Source: Octopus bimaculoides (taxonomy: Eukaryota). From it: a DNA stretch of 64,000 bases. Each line of letters begins with the position of its first letter. Position 1 is the stretch's first letter. Positions 24,936-38,089 of the stretch are shown in pieces. The DNA is taken from positions 106,297,139 through 106,361,138 of the forward strand of contig NC_068984.1 of assembly GCF_001194135.2 (NCBI RefSeq). Direction: 5' to 3'. The notes below the pieces were generated by a model. That model ran no database searches, was not told the DNA's origin, and saw nothing but the letters and a program-made list of their open reading frames with translations. Both the position numbers and the translations under genes were made by a program.

Positions 24936-25282
24936 GCTCGTATTCTCTTACGAGGAGCCTTCTTCTATTAGATATATCTTTATTTTTGTGTTCGACGTGG
25001 TAAAAAGGAGCCTTTTCCCATCTACGTCGCGATCTCCTTTGGTTCGCACGGTCGAAGTATTACAAGCGTAACAGATATTTATTATGAGGTGCTCAGCCTA
25101 CATCTCGGGTAACGGAATTGCCAAGTTGCCCGTTATGGTTGGTGTGAAGACGGTGTTGACGCTGGTTGATTAAGTCATTCTTCAGCCTCCAAAGTAGTTT
25201 GCGTTAACTCAAAGGTAGAGTTACGGAGCGGCTCTTAGTAATCTGGTGTCTTCGAAGGTGCAACGCTAAGAGGTCGAGAAAA

Positions 25283-25392
25283 GGCGGGAACGCTTTGATA
25301 TAGGATGACCACGCATGCGCATGAGGGACTTCCTGCTTGCCTTCCGGAAAACATGTCCCTGCGCATGCGTGGACGAACTTTCCAAAATGGCG
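25283..25392. promoter_or_regulatory. Cluster of housekeeping-promoter-type motifs
   Basis: GGCGGGAA (E2F-like, 25283), CGCATGCGCATG (NRF1-like, 25312), ACTTCCTG and TTCCGGAA (ETS-like, 25328 and 25342), TGCGCATGCGT (25360), CAAAATGGCG (YY1-like, 25383), in a locally CpG-richer patch. Confidence 0.45.
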
Positions 25393-25439
25393 ACTGGTAT
25401 TAGGCGTCACTACAGTGGCGAAAAATGATCGCAAGATAT

Positions 25440-26110
25440 CTGATGAAGATGATTAGTGACTGTCGATCAGTGATACATGGGATAGCAGAAGACCTGACTT
25501 TCTGTGCAAGCATGCACTCTTCCTATCGACACTATTCAGCCGTCATCCTCCATTCACATATTTGTCTAAAACAGTACAGTCTCCCTTGCATACTACAGCT
25601 AATTCCTCTTATACCCAGTTTGTCTCTCAGTTCACTTATACTTTCTCGTTTATGAACCGATTGCATGGCACATCCAGCAAAGCATACTCACTTCATTTCC
25701 TTCAAATCTTCGCATGTCTTCCGTATTCAAGGTCCACGTCTCGCTGCCATGTAGTGTACAATGTTTATTTGCACACAAGCATTATGCAATCTTCCCCAAA
25801 TCTACTCTTGATCTTGTAGATAAGCCTTTTGTTGTCTCTGAATATTCTCCAACCCTTTCATATTCTAGCTATTACAGTTTCAGTACATCGACTCCCGCCA
25901 CTAATTTGGTCACTTAGGTAGCAAGAGTTAACTACTTCTAAGAAGCCGTCTGAGCATTTGGCAGGATCTGTTTCCTGAGCACTTTTAGTGCATATTACTC
26001 CAGTGTACCGTCTGCATCTGAAATCTTCCTTCTTTGTTAATTTACCCTTAATCCCAGTTACACCTTCTTTGTGTGTCCTTTGATTACATTGGGTACACTT
26101 TTTAGGATTT
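25440..26110 (-). mobile_element. RTE LINE RT C-terminal fragment
   Basis: Frameshifted ..KEDFRCRRC..CYLGDQIS..LHGSETWTLNTEDMRRFERNE.. A short piece of its 3' end recurs at ~22840-22945. Confidence 0.75.
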
Positions 26111-26532
26111 CTATTGACTACTTTTCTACAGAAGAAGAATATATCAGATGATGTGGTCAGAGATAGACATCACCGTGATAAAAAATGATGAGATGGTAAC
26201 AGCTGGAATATCTTTGACTATAAGTCTGCATACTCAGAGATGACCAAGGAATAATAATAAGAAGAACAACAACACCTACTTGTATATCACATATCTATTT
26301 ATCTATCCCTCCTTTTTTTCTCTCTCTTCTTGTGTGGACGAGGGAAAAGAGGAACAGTAAGAAACAACAAATGGAAAGGCATGACGTTGAACATTTGAGA
26401 GTGAATGAGAGAGAGAGGGAAGGAAAGAGGGAGAAAGAAGGAGGGGTGGAGGAGAATGAGATAGAGGAAGTGATGACAGGCATTCTCTCGATACTTTGCC
26501 CTAAAATAACATAAAAATAAGACAGTGAGAAT

Positions 26533-26725
26533 AAGGGCGGTGAGTTATAATAAATAATTGTTAGTACGCCGGGCTCAACGTTTTGTCCGTCTTTACGTTC
26601 TGAGTTTGAATTCTGCCATGGTCGACTTTGTCTTTCATTCTTTTGGGATCAAGCACTGGGGTCGATGTAATTGACTTACCCTCTACCCCGAAATTTCTGG
26701 ACTTGTGCCCAAATTGGAAACCAAT
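26533..26725 (+). mobile_element. SINE family A
   Basis: GGCGGTGAG..GTTCTGAGTTTGAATTCTGCC..GGTCGAC. Confidence 0.8.
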
Positions 26726-27291
26726 AAGATAGTAAGAGTGGGGAGGAGGACTGTTGTCATATCTAGCTGTTGTAAGAGAAAGATTAAAGTGAGTGGGAGG
26801 GGAAGTTATGTGAGGCTTTTAACACGAAAAGCAAGAGACAGAGCAAATAAAAAGTTCGCGGAGTCCGAGACAGCTATATCCTTTCAGCTATGCAATCACA
26901 TAGATGCGCCCTTTTCATAAAAATTATGCTATAAGCACAGTGTACTGTATGGAATAGAGACCGTTGCTTGGGTAATAGTTATATACCAACTGATAAAATA
27001 TAAAAGACCTGGAAGATAAACAATGCTACAGCGGCCATTCATATTTGTCTGCAATGGGTAAATGATGTCAAAAGAGAAAAAAGAAGAGTATTATGGAATT
27101 ATGCTCTATCAAAATCCAATTCACCAGTGGAAAGAAAGCAGATAATTATAATTAGTTTATTTTGCGAGTTGTAAATATATTATTTCTTTGGGGAAACTAA
27201 TTCCTAATTTCTTTCGTAAAGTTTTCTTTGTTAACCTTTTCAGACTTCAAGTATTTCTTTATACAAAAATATTGATAATCTCTAAATAATT

Positions 27292-27502
27292 CTTTCTACT
27301 GGAAGCACAAGGCTTCAAATTTGGGGTGAGGGATTAAGTTGATTACATTGACCCTAGTGTGTAACTGGTACTTATCTAATCAATCCTGAAAGGATGTAAG
27401 GCAAAGTCGACCTCGGTGTAATTTGAACTCAGAACATAGCGGCAGAGAAAATACTGCTAAGCATTTTGTCCTGCGCGCTTACGATTCTGTCAGCTCGCCA
27501 CC
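27292..27502 (-). mobile_element. SINE family A
   Basis: GTCGACCTCGGTGTAATTTGAACTCAGAAC..CAGCTCGCCACC. Confidence 0.85.
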
Positions 27503-28484
27503 TTTATATAATCTCTAAAATAAATATAGCTAATATAAATATCTATTGGCTGATTGCTTGGGTGGTTGATATCTCCAGTAGTCAAGTTTTACATTGTATG
27601 GAATGTAGGAGAGCGAGAGTAAGAGGGAAATATAGAGTTTTATTGTTACAGGTGCTGGATGAGTGCACATAGGAAGTTTGGTGGCATGCAATGAGTAAAA
27701 GAATACTACTTCACATAGACACAATGAGAGCGAAAGCGCCATGGAGACAGAGAAGGAAGACTAGGAAAAGGAAGAGAGTAAATGATAGAATAGTTGTGGG
27801 AGGAGTTATACAAAAGAGAAATTTGTTTTATTTAATTTTATTTTAAGGTAATAAATATTTTACTTTTGAAAATTAGTATTCACTTCACCGTTTTGAATAT
27901 AGATAAAGGATGAAAAAGGATTAAGATCCTTCCCGAATCATATGAACTCATTGGGCCGGTTTTCTGGTTTCCGTGGCATATGTATATTACCCACTAGACG
28001 GGATTGTACTAGTGTCTGTTGACGGCTTTTTTTTTTTACAACATAATAGTTTGACTCATATCTGTAGCGATTCTACCATATGCAAAAATTTACCGGCCAT
28101 CACGTTTCCTCCTCGTGTCGTTAAGCTCCTGACTTTCAAACTGTTTCTCTGCTAAGCTCTCTATTCCATCTCTTCTGATCTAGTCTCTTTATTACTGTAT
28201 TCTAGAGAAATTTGATTGGATAGATCTGTGGTAACGTCAACAGTCGAAAATCCGGGATGTGCTTAATATAATTTTATTAGATTTTGTTGATGTCATTACT
28301 CAGTGCTCCTATTTATGCTTATGAACATTTTCTAATAGGAAAGATAACAGTCGGGGTTCAAACAGTAAAAGAGAGCTGCTACAAAATCAATATTAGCTTT
28401 GAATAATCAAAATTGTAATATTTTAAAACGGATATGACTTTCGTACGTAGCATAACTAAGTAGAAAATCATAATTTACCGTTGT

Positions 28485-28690
28485 GAAGGTGTGTGGCTAA
28501 GAGGTTAGGATATTAGGATCACAGTTGTAAGCTTGCAGTTTCGATTCCTAGGCCGGGCGATACGTTCGTGTCCCTGAGTAAAGCACTTCGTTTCACGCTG
28601 CTCCAGACCAGTCAACTGGCAAAAATGAGTATTTTTGCAACAGACCAATGTACCGGCCGGTGGGGAGTATATATTCCTAGGAACCAGCCG
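28485..28690 (+). mobile_element. tRNA-derived SINE, third family
   Basis: GGTGTGTGGCTAAGAGGTTAGG..AGTTTCGATTCC (A/B boxes), then GTGTCCCTGAGTAAAGCACTT core. Confidence 0.55.
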
Positions 28691-30034
28691 AGTCAATACG
28701 ATAAGGGGAAGGATCTTCGTTTTACTTAATTTTTTTCTTTTGATTTACCGTTCATATTTCATCGAGCAACCCTGTAAATATTCATGTGTCGGTGGAAAGT
28801 TAAGTGATTCGGCTGATATACTTTGTTTTTTCTTTGGTGTTTAAAAATATGTTATATTACAGCAATTACTGTAATGAAAGTTGTTATGTTGATCCACAAG
28901 GCGCAGATTCAGTGGCATATAAATAAAACATAAACAGAGCATAATCTTTAAATTGTGATTCAGAGATGAATTTACATAAGTGCAAATATATGATACAATA
29001 GATTTGAAAGCGTTAGAATCTTCGATTGCCAAGTTAATTACATAAAATGTCAAATGTCTCCTGGGAACATAGGAAAACGTCTTTTTTTTTTCAAAAACTG
29101 TGTTTAATAAGATTATTAAATAGTTTAAAGAATTCCCAGGGATAGCAAGCAACAGACGATGCTAATTTTTTTCTCTTCAAAATTTTATATTTTGTTCTAT
29201 AATAACAGACTTTGTTACATGAGATTTACTTTATCAAATTAATTCAAAATTACTTTTCGATTGTTGCTGATGAAAGACGCTTCCAACAAAGAACAACGTT
29301 AAAATGGCAAACATTAGGTGGCCAGTGAGGAATATGTGCATTTTTTTTTATTATCATTACTTGCCAGGTATATGATCTTTAACAATATTTCAGTTATCGT
29401 AGATGCAGTCGCAAGACTGCAACTAAATTTATAGAGGAGTATGCTCTGAGGGCAAAAGCAACAGGTTTGGTAAAGAAATTGGAGTAGGAAGTAAGCGTTT
29501 GGAAGTACTCCATTCGAAGACTCTAGCAACATATAATTAAGCAAATTCTCTAAGTTTGAAATAAACTACAATAATATATACGACACTATCTGCGTAGTAA
29601 GTAACTGTTAGAATATTCTTACTCTAACTTAATATTCACTGCAGAGAGACAATTTATTTAGTAAGTTCAAAGATAAGATTTCTCATGGTATCCTAACTTT
29701 GATTGCACCTAAATAAACAATAAATCTTACAAGCTTACAATGAATTCGTAATTATTGCCTTTTGTGACTGTTGGCAAAAAAGTGCACCATTACAAATAGA
29801 TGCTGAACTTCAGAGTCGTATAAGTGAATGCCAAGCGTCGTCGGGAGATGGACAGATGATGGCGAACGAATATTATTTTGTAGCAAAATGATTAAAGACA
29901 TGGATTCAGTTAAATATTACGGAAGAGAGAACAAATTCTCCGGCTATACTTTATATAGACCCAACATAAAAATAAATTGTATTTCAGCTGATGTAAATTT
30001 GTACCCAGAGTAACAAATACACGAAAAATTTCGG

Positions 30035-30169
30035 TAAATTCCGCCGAGGTCGACTTTGCTTTTCATCCTTTCGAGATCTACAAATTAAGTACAAGTGAAA
30101 CACTGGGATCGATGTAATCGACTAGCCACTTCCCCACAAATTTCAGGCATTGTGCTTTTAGTAGAAAGG

Positions 30170-30235
<66 letters not shown>
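30035..30235 (+). mobile_element. SINE family A 3' part with (ATT)22 tail
   Basis: Body ends GTAGAAAGG, then (ATT)n at 30170-30235. Confidence 0.85.
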
Positions 30236-30238
<3 letters not shown>

Positions 30239-30424
30239 TAGTTTTATTTTTATAACGTGCTTTCACTTCACTACCGAGCGCAGCTCTGTGCGCCTTGGGT
30301 ATGTGCTGTGGTTTGCTGTGGTGCTCTTATGTTTACTGTATTGAAAGTGTTTTGCGTAGAATGTGTGCAGTACCCAGTAGTGCAATTTTCTGTATGTTAT
30401 ATATATTTGTAAGTCCTGCTATTT
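30236..30424 (-). mobile_element. R4/Dong-type (RLE) non-LTR retrotransposon 3' end, copy A
   Basis: IQKIALLGTAHILRKTLSIQ* (stop 30333-30335), ~95-nt 3' UTR abutting (TAA)n; the rest is hidden in the gap. Confidence 0.8.
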
Positions 30425-30901
30425 NNNNNNNNNNNNNNNNNNNNNNNNNNNNNNNNNNNNNNNNNNNNNNNNNNNNNNNNNNNNNNNNNNNNNNNNNNNN
30501 NNNNNNNNNNNNNNNNNNNNNNNNNNNNNNNNNNNNNNNNNNNNNNNNNNNNNNNNNNNNNNNNNNNNNNNNNNNNNNNNNNNNNNNNNNNNNNNNNNNN
30601 NNNNNNNNNNNNNNNNNNNNNNNNNNNNNNNNNNNNNNNNNNNNNNNNNNNNNNNNNNNNNNNNNNNNNNNNNNNNNNNNNNNNNNNNNNNNNNNNNNNN
30701 NNNNNNNNNNNNNNNNNNNNNNNNNNNNNNNNNNNNNNNNNNNNNNNNNNNNNNNNNNNNNNNNNNNNNNNNNNNNNNNNNNNNNNNNNNNNNNNNNNNN
30801 NNNNNNNNNNNNNNNNNNNNNNNNNNNNNNNNNNNNNNNNNNNNNNNNNNNNNNNNNNNNNNNNNNNNNNNNNNNNNNNNNNNNNNNNNNNNNNNNNNNN
30901 N

Positions 30902-31089
30902 TCGTCTTCATGTTCTGAGTTAAAATTTCGTCGAGGTCGAATTTGCTTTACATCCTTTCGGGGTCAATAAAATAAGTACCAGCTGAGCAATGGGGTCGAT
31001 ATAATCAACTATCCCCATCCCCCGAATTTCAGGCCTTGTGCCTTTAGTAGAAAGGATTAATAATATTGCTGTTATTGTTGTTGTTATTG

Positions 31090-31154
<65 letters not shown>

Positions 31155-31155
31155 T
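30902..31155 (+). mobile_element. SINE family A with (GTT/ATT)n tail
   Basis: Body to ~31056, microsatellite ~31069-31154. Confidence 0.85.
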
Positions 31156-31438
31156 TCATATACCCTCAACAGATTAGACTGTTGGAAAAGGAAAGAATCT
31201 TAACATCGGGCTACAACAAGCAGCCTTAAATACCAAGAACCCTCTTAAGTATCCTAGCTGTCCCTAACAACTCTGTTTTCTAGAACTGTACTAAACTGGG
31301 TTTTACGCCTATTTCCTCTATCCATTTGTTCAGATCTTTAGGGATAGTTCCCACTGCATCTATAACTACTGGGATACATTTTACCTTCACTTCCCATAGT
31401 CTCTGTATTGCAATAGCTAGGGCCTGGTACTTTGTTAT
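31156..31438 (-). mobile_element. R4/Dong-type LINE 3' end, copy B
   Basis: ITKYQALAIAIQRLWEVKVKCIPVVIDAVGTIPKDL..*KTELLGTARILKRVLGI* (stop 31226-31228). Confidence 0.85.
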
Positions 31439-32200
31439 TGTAGCAAACTCATAAGAAGCGGAGAGAGAACGTGGGTTCGTTTGCCCGAACATGAGAAATT
31501 ATTGATTTCTCATTGGTTGAAAATTACTGCCCATATACGGATTCTGAATTTCGTTGAAGAAGTCTTTCACGAAATACGGTTTTAGAATTCGTGTATGAGC
31601 AGTTATAAAAACCCTGATTTTCGGGAAACTCTCCAGTGATCGTCGGGTTGAACTCAAATCCACGACACTCACTCAAGTGATCGTTGGACTGTCAGTCAAA
31701 TCCACTACACTCACTCAAGTGATCGTTGGGTTGCCATTCAAATCCATGACACTCACCCTCTTAGTTAGTATAAATTTTAAGTCGTAATTCTCTACGACAA
31801 AATGACTTTACTTTCTAATGGTTATATAAATGCTAAAATGTACATAATAAACTAATGTAGACATTTAATTCTTTTTACTTCTCGTTTCTTTCAACTTGTT
31901 GAATTTATTTCTGTATATTTATGAAACTGTATTTTTTATGTGTAACGGTCAAGAGAATACGAATCTATATCTTCAACATACATGTACGAATTGAACGTAC
32001 GTTCAGCGTCTTGGTATGTATACATCATAACATTTACGCAACCTAAAATAAGAGTTATGCTTAGCGATAAATACTTATAATTAAGTTATAAATAACGAGA
32101 TTATCATCATAGCTTTTAATTAAGAAACAATAATATTTGTTATAACTTATGATCGAAAACATTGTAAATGAAGATACAGTATTCATTCCCCGACTTGTAC
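31439..32200 (+). mobile_element. Diverged LTR related to the adjacent Gypsy LTRs, in opposite orientation
   Basis: Starts TGTAGCAAACTCATAAGAAGCGG (compare TGTAGCAAGTCATAAAACGCGG and TGTAGTAAGACATAAAAGACGG). Aligns by eye as an inverted copy of ~37300-38019. Contains a 3x ~41-bp tandem at ~31637-31758. The 3' limit is approximate. Confidence 0.75.
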
Positions 32201-32225
32201 AACATAAAACTATTTTTTCTATACC

Positions 32226-35200
32226 TCTTTTATAGCCGGTTTGGTTATTGTTTGTGTAACAATACTTTTATATGTTTCCAATTTGGAAATAGATAATAAA
32301 TATATTTTATTTTTGAAGTAGGAATATATACTGATAAACACGTCACTTATAACTTACTTATAAGTGTTACCATTATACATAAATCCTGACTCCAGCTACA
32401 TAAACGCCATAGCGAGAAATATATACTCTGAAACGCTAAGGGACATTTTATGCGTGCATATATGTTGAAGATAAATAAATTCGTGTTCTTTTAACCTCTA
32501 TAAAGAAAAAAAATACACAGTTTCATAATTGCAGAAATAAATTTGATTAACAAGTTGAAGAACGTGAAGAAAGAGAAAAGAATTCGTATATGGGCAGTAA
32601 TTTTAACCAATGGGATAACCAACAATTATGCTTGTTCGGGAAAACGACCATTACGTCATATTGCCGCGTTTTATGACTTGCTACAAAAGCCCTTCACCAG
32701 AAAAATTGTCAATTTTGCGAAAAAAAAAGAATAATCATAATACATGTATATTTCAATACAATGTTTGAATCAATACTCTTAGCAAGTCAAATCTACAAAT
32801 TTACAAAGGATCCACAAATTTACAATGTTAAAGAAATGGAAATAACCGCTTATCACGGTTTTACAATTACAACAGCTTTCTTGTAAAGTTTGTCAAATTC
32901 TTCAATCTAATTTATCTGGAAAAATATTTACAGATCTTTTTTTATAAACAAGAAATTCCAGGAATACAAAAGTTCATGAGGAATATATTCAAACAAACTG
33001 AAAAAGTATTTTGGGAAAATGTACAATTCTACCACTTCTAGCTTTTTTTTCGCTGGTAGGTGATTTTAAAATTGACTAGTGAATCTATTTCTCAACTTTT
33101 AAGTTCGATGTTTTGTGAATTGTTCTGTTTCAAATTATTTTGAAATGTGTTGCTCAAATCTTTATTTTCATGGCATGAAGACTGATCGAAATAAACATTT
33201 TTAACACTGTCTAAACTGACAATTTCCTTTTTACCATGCATATCCAAAGTCATAGTTTTATCTTTAATTGACAAAACTTTAAAAGGTCCACTGTATTTAT
33301 AATTCAGTGAATGATGACTGGCATCATTACGTATAAAAACATGAGTCCAAGAATTAATATCAGAAGGAACGAAACTTTTAATATTTTGTAATTTACTTGT
33401 AAAAGAACATCAGAAAGAAATCTCTTGAGCCGGTAACATAATTGTTAATATCTTCATTAAAAGAATTGGTTTCTTCAAACATTTGACCAGGTAGAGTTAA
33501 TGTTGTTCCGTACAAAAGTTCAGCAGAAGAATATTGTAAACTTTCTTTAACAGCACTCCTGATTCCTAAGAATGTCACTGGTAAAGCTTATTTCAATTGC
33601 CTATGAAACCTTTCTATCATGCCCTTTGATTGTGGATGATACGAAGTTGTACGAATTCTATGAATACCCAACAATTTGTTGAATTCTGCGAAAAGTATAG
33701 ACTCAAATTGTCTTCCACGATCTGTCGTCAATGTGTTGTGTATGCCGAATCTAGACATCCAATCGGTAAATAAAGTTTTTGCTATTGTTACTGCAGATAT
33801 GTCATTGATTGGATTACGCTTCTGGTCATCGCGAAAAACGATCTATGCATGTTAACAAATAAATATTACCTTCCACTGGAGGTAATGGTCCAACTATGTT
33901 AATATGAATGTGTTGGAATCTGGCATCAGGATTTGCGATAAGTACCTAATGTTACTTTCATGTGACGATTTACTTTTGCTTTTTGGCACTGCATACACGA
34001 TTGAACCCAAGAACGAATGTCCTTATACATACCAGGCCAAACAAAATGACTCGATATTAATTTTAATGAAGCTCCAATACCAGGATGAGATAATTTATGT
34101 AAGGTAGAAAACACAACTTTTCTCTGTCTTTCAGGCACAAATGGTCTAGAAAAACCAGTAGAAATATCACACCAAATATGTAATTTGCAAGAATGAATCG
34201 GCAATAATTTAAATTTCAAAGAAGTAGAACTGGAATCTTTATATAAAGAAAATTCTTTATCAGTAGTTTGATCTTTCGACATTTCTTCTAAATTGATAGT
34301 GCTCAATGAATGTAATGCACCAACATTCATTCGAGAAAGTGCATCAGCTGCAGAATTTTCAACACCCTTGATATACCGTACATCCACAGTATACTGTGAA
34401 ATATAATCAAGGTGTCTAATTTCTCTGGGAGAATATTTTTCAGAAGAATTTTTTAGTGCATGTGTCAATGGTTTATGGTCAGTAAATAATGTAAATGACC
34501 TACATTCAAAAATATGTCCGAAGTATTTAATTGACAAGTAAGCTGCTAACAATTCTCTTCCGAAAACGCTGTATTTCGTTTCTGGTGCCTTGAATTTTTT
34601 TGAAAAGAAAGATAATGGTTGCCAAGAACTACAAATAAACTGTTGTAAAACTCCACCGATTCCAACATCGGAAGCATCAATTACCAACGATAATTTTGCT
34701 TCAGGAACCGGATGGTTTAAGAGTGTTGCTTAACACAGTTTTTCTTTTATGCTTTGAAAAGCCTGTAATTCTTCATCTTTTAAAGTTATGGCTTCATTTT
34801 TCTTTTTCCTATTCTTTAATAATTCAGTCAAAGGAAATAGACTTTCTGTACAATGTGGAATAAAACGCCAGTATAAATTAATTAATCCTAAATATTCCTG
34901 GAGCTTTCTTAAAGAATTTGGTATTGGAAATTTATTAATAGCTTCAACTTTGTCAGGCAGTGGGGAATTCCATCTTTATCAATGAGATGACCTAAAAAAG
35001 ATATAGTGCGTTCACCGAAAACACACTTTGATGGATTTATTACTATACCACATTTAGTTAGACTCTCGAAAATTTGTTTCAAGTGATTTTCATGAATTCT
35101 TCTGACGGACTAGCAATGAGAATATCGTCTATATAAGCAAATACAAAAGGTAAATCTCTTGTTACTTCATCGATGAACCTCTGGAAAGTATTTGCTGCGT

Positions 35201-38019
35201 TCCTCAATCCAAAAGGCATACGAAGGAATTCATATAACCCGAATGGAGTTGTGACAGCTGTCTTTGGTATATCTTTTTCTTCAACAGGAATTTGGTTGCA
35301 TGCTCTAACTAAATCTATCTTCGAAAAGATATTACAGCCACTCAACGAAGCTGCAAAAGCATAAATGTGGGGGACTGGATATTTATCTTCTTGTGTCTTC
35401 CCATTAAGTTGTCTAAAATCCCCACATGGATGCCAGTCTGTGAGTTTTTTTTTTTTAACCAAAACTAAAGTTACTGCTAGAAGGATGAATTATTCCGAGG
35501 TCTAACATGTGACGAAATTCGGCCTTAGCAATTTTTATTTCTCTGGAGATAACCTTTGAGGTTTAGAAAAACTTGGTGGTCCATGGTTTTTAATGTGATG
35601 AGTGACTGAATGAACACATTTGGTGTTTAGAGCTAACGGTTTTGTAATTTCAGGGTAATTCTTCAAAATCCTGTGATAACGATTTTCGGAGGACGCCATA
35701 AAATATAACGGACTAATTGTTGCATTCCTGCATCTCATGCCTTGAATGTTCAATGATGTTACAGTGCCAACTAATTTTTGTTTCTTAACATCTACCATTA
35801 AATTTTAATGAGAAAGAAAATCTTCCCCCAATACCGGATAAAGCAAATCTGCTACAATGAAAATCCATTTATATTCTCTCCTTAAATGCAAATCGAGAGT
35901 TAAACTAATTTCTCCAAATGTTTGGATGTCAGACTGTTTAACTGCTTGTGGAGTCAAATAAGCAGGCTTAGGTTTCTCTTTCAAAGGTTTAGCAACCCAA
36001 ATGGAACAAGCTGCTCCAGTATCCACTAAGAATCTTTGTTTGGAGTTAGCGTCAAATATGAAGAATACACGACTTTTTATGAAGTTGTCCACAGATTTCG
36101 TCGCGTCTAATCTGTGGTTGAAAAGCTTCCCGACCTTGTTTTGTTCAGAAAATCAAAACAAGCATGGCTTAATACAGCGATAAGATTTGTCACCGAACTT
36201 TGAATGGTACCAGCATATAGCATTTCTTTTGGGGCTTTTTGATCTTCTACGCCATCTTGCATTATTTATATTATAAGAGCGTTTATCTCTTCCCAGTTGA
36301 AGACTTTCGATCTTGTCTGTTAATAATTTAAATTGTTTCTCGTAAGTTTCTTTCATCAACTGTAATTCTGAAGAAATGGATGGCAAGGCATTTAAAGACT
36401 CTCTAGAGGATAATTCCATAATACCATCTGCCAAATTTGCCAATTTTTTGAGAGAGATTTGCTCTTTCACCGTTGACTGTAGTGTTTGAGTACTATGAAG
36501 TAACTTGCCAAAGAAAACTTCCTTAAGGTAAAGCTCTTCTGTCTGTTGATTTCTGAGAAGTTCTTTCACTCTACGAAGAAGTTGAGTAGGTTTTCTGTCA
36601 CCTAGTGGTTCGTTATTGAACAGTTTAGCAAATTCTTTTTGCTTTGAATTGGAAGTCCTTTTTAGTATCTCTTCCTGTATGGAAAAATATGAAAATGGTT
36701 CAGTAGGATCTTCTAATTAGTCCCTAATTTCATTACTCAGAGGTAGTGGTAAGTTACTTAACATTATGTTATAATTTTGTACCTCTGTTGTTGTTCTGTT
36801 TGCTGCAAAATTTGCTTCTAATTGAGCAAACCAGATAAGGGTATCTTCTGCCCAAACAGGAGGCAAAACTGTCATAGAAGCGTGCATATATCCTCTATCA
36901 AATTAAGACATTTCAAACTCTTTAATATTTTCTTCCATTCAAATATATTATAATTTTCAAAAAGAAAATTTTGCTCTTAGTAAAATAGTGCTTTCAACAG
37001 CTATGAAATATAATTTTAATTTGCTAGAAAGTGCATTTAAACTTCTTATAACTATTATTCTTTATTTCTTCAGCGTTCTTTTTCCTTCAACTTTTAATAT
37101 CAAATATTTCTGTTAATAAAATTTTGTGTAATGAAACTGTCATCTATTTTCTATTGAAAATTTTATATATTTTTCACAAGTGTCAATACTTTTATGATGT
37201 GGTGGTTTATCTACGTGATCACGTCGGGAGGTCACCACTTTTTATAGCTGGTTTGGTTACTGTTTGTGTAATATTACTTTTATATGTTTCTTATTTGGAA
37301 ATAGATAATAAATATATATTACTTTTGAAGTAGGAAATTATATTGACAAACACGTCACTTATAACTTACTTATTAGTGTTATCATTGTACATTAATCCTG
37401 ACTCCAGCTACATAAACGCCATAGCGAGAAATATATACTCTGAAACGCTAACGGACATTTTATGCGAATAAGTTTGTTGAAAATAAATAAATTCGTGTTC
37501 TTTTAACCGCTATAAAAAAATACATAGTTTCATAGTTGCAGAAATAAATTTCATTAACAAGTTGAAGAACGTGAAGAAAGAGAAAACAATTTCTACATTA
37601 GTTTATTTATGTACATTTAGCATTTATAGTACAATTGGAAAGTAAAGTCATTTTGTCGTAGAGAGCTACGACTTAAAATTCACACTAGCTAATCCTTCAT
37701 ACTAACTACTAGAGTTCACAACAATTCAAATAAGTCTTGTTGGATTTAAGTCATAGACATGGTATAAAAAAATAGCCAATATCTCTATGAGTGAGTGTCG
37801 TGGAGTTTAGTAACACCCAACGATCATTGAGTAATTTCCCAAAAATTAGGGTTTTTATAACTGCTCATATCCGAATTCCGAATTTCGTGAAAGATTTCTT
37901 TGACGGAAGTGTAGAATTCGTATATGGGTAGTAATTTTAACTAATGGGATTACCAACAATTATGCTTGTTCGGGCAAACGACCATTACGCCATATTGCCG
38001 TCTTTTATGTCTTACTACA
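32226..38019 (-). mobile_element. Ty3/Gypsy LTR retrotransposon, CsRn1-like, near complete but decayed
   Basis: 5' LTR 38019-37238 and 3' LTR 32688-32226. PBS TGGTGACCTCCCGACGTGAT (37218-37237) is complementary to the tRNA-Trp 3' end. gag LPPVWAEDTLIWFAQLEANF..CWYHSKFGDKSYRCIKPC (Cx2Hx9Cx3C); protease FLVDTGA; RT MPFGLRNA..YIDD; RNase H DAS..ELLA..TDHKPL..ADALSR; integrase HHCC and TDRGRQF..YHPQSKGMIERFHRQLK. Multiple stops and frameshifts. Confidence 0.93.
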
Positions 38020-38089
38020 CCTCTCATATTAATTTTTTCATCATTTGGGGCTGTAAAGTCTATTATCTGGCACTTTCTATTCTCATTAT

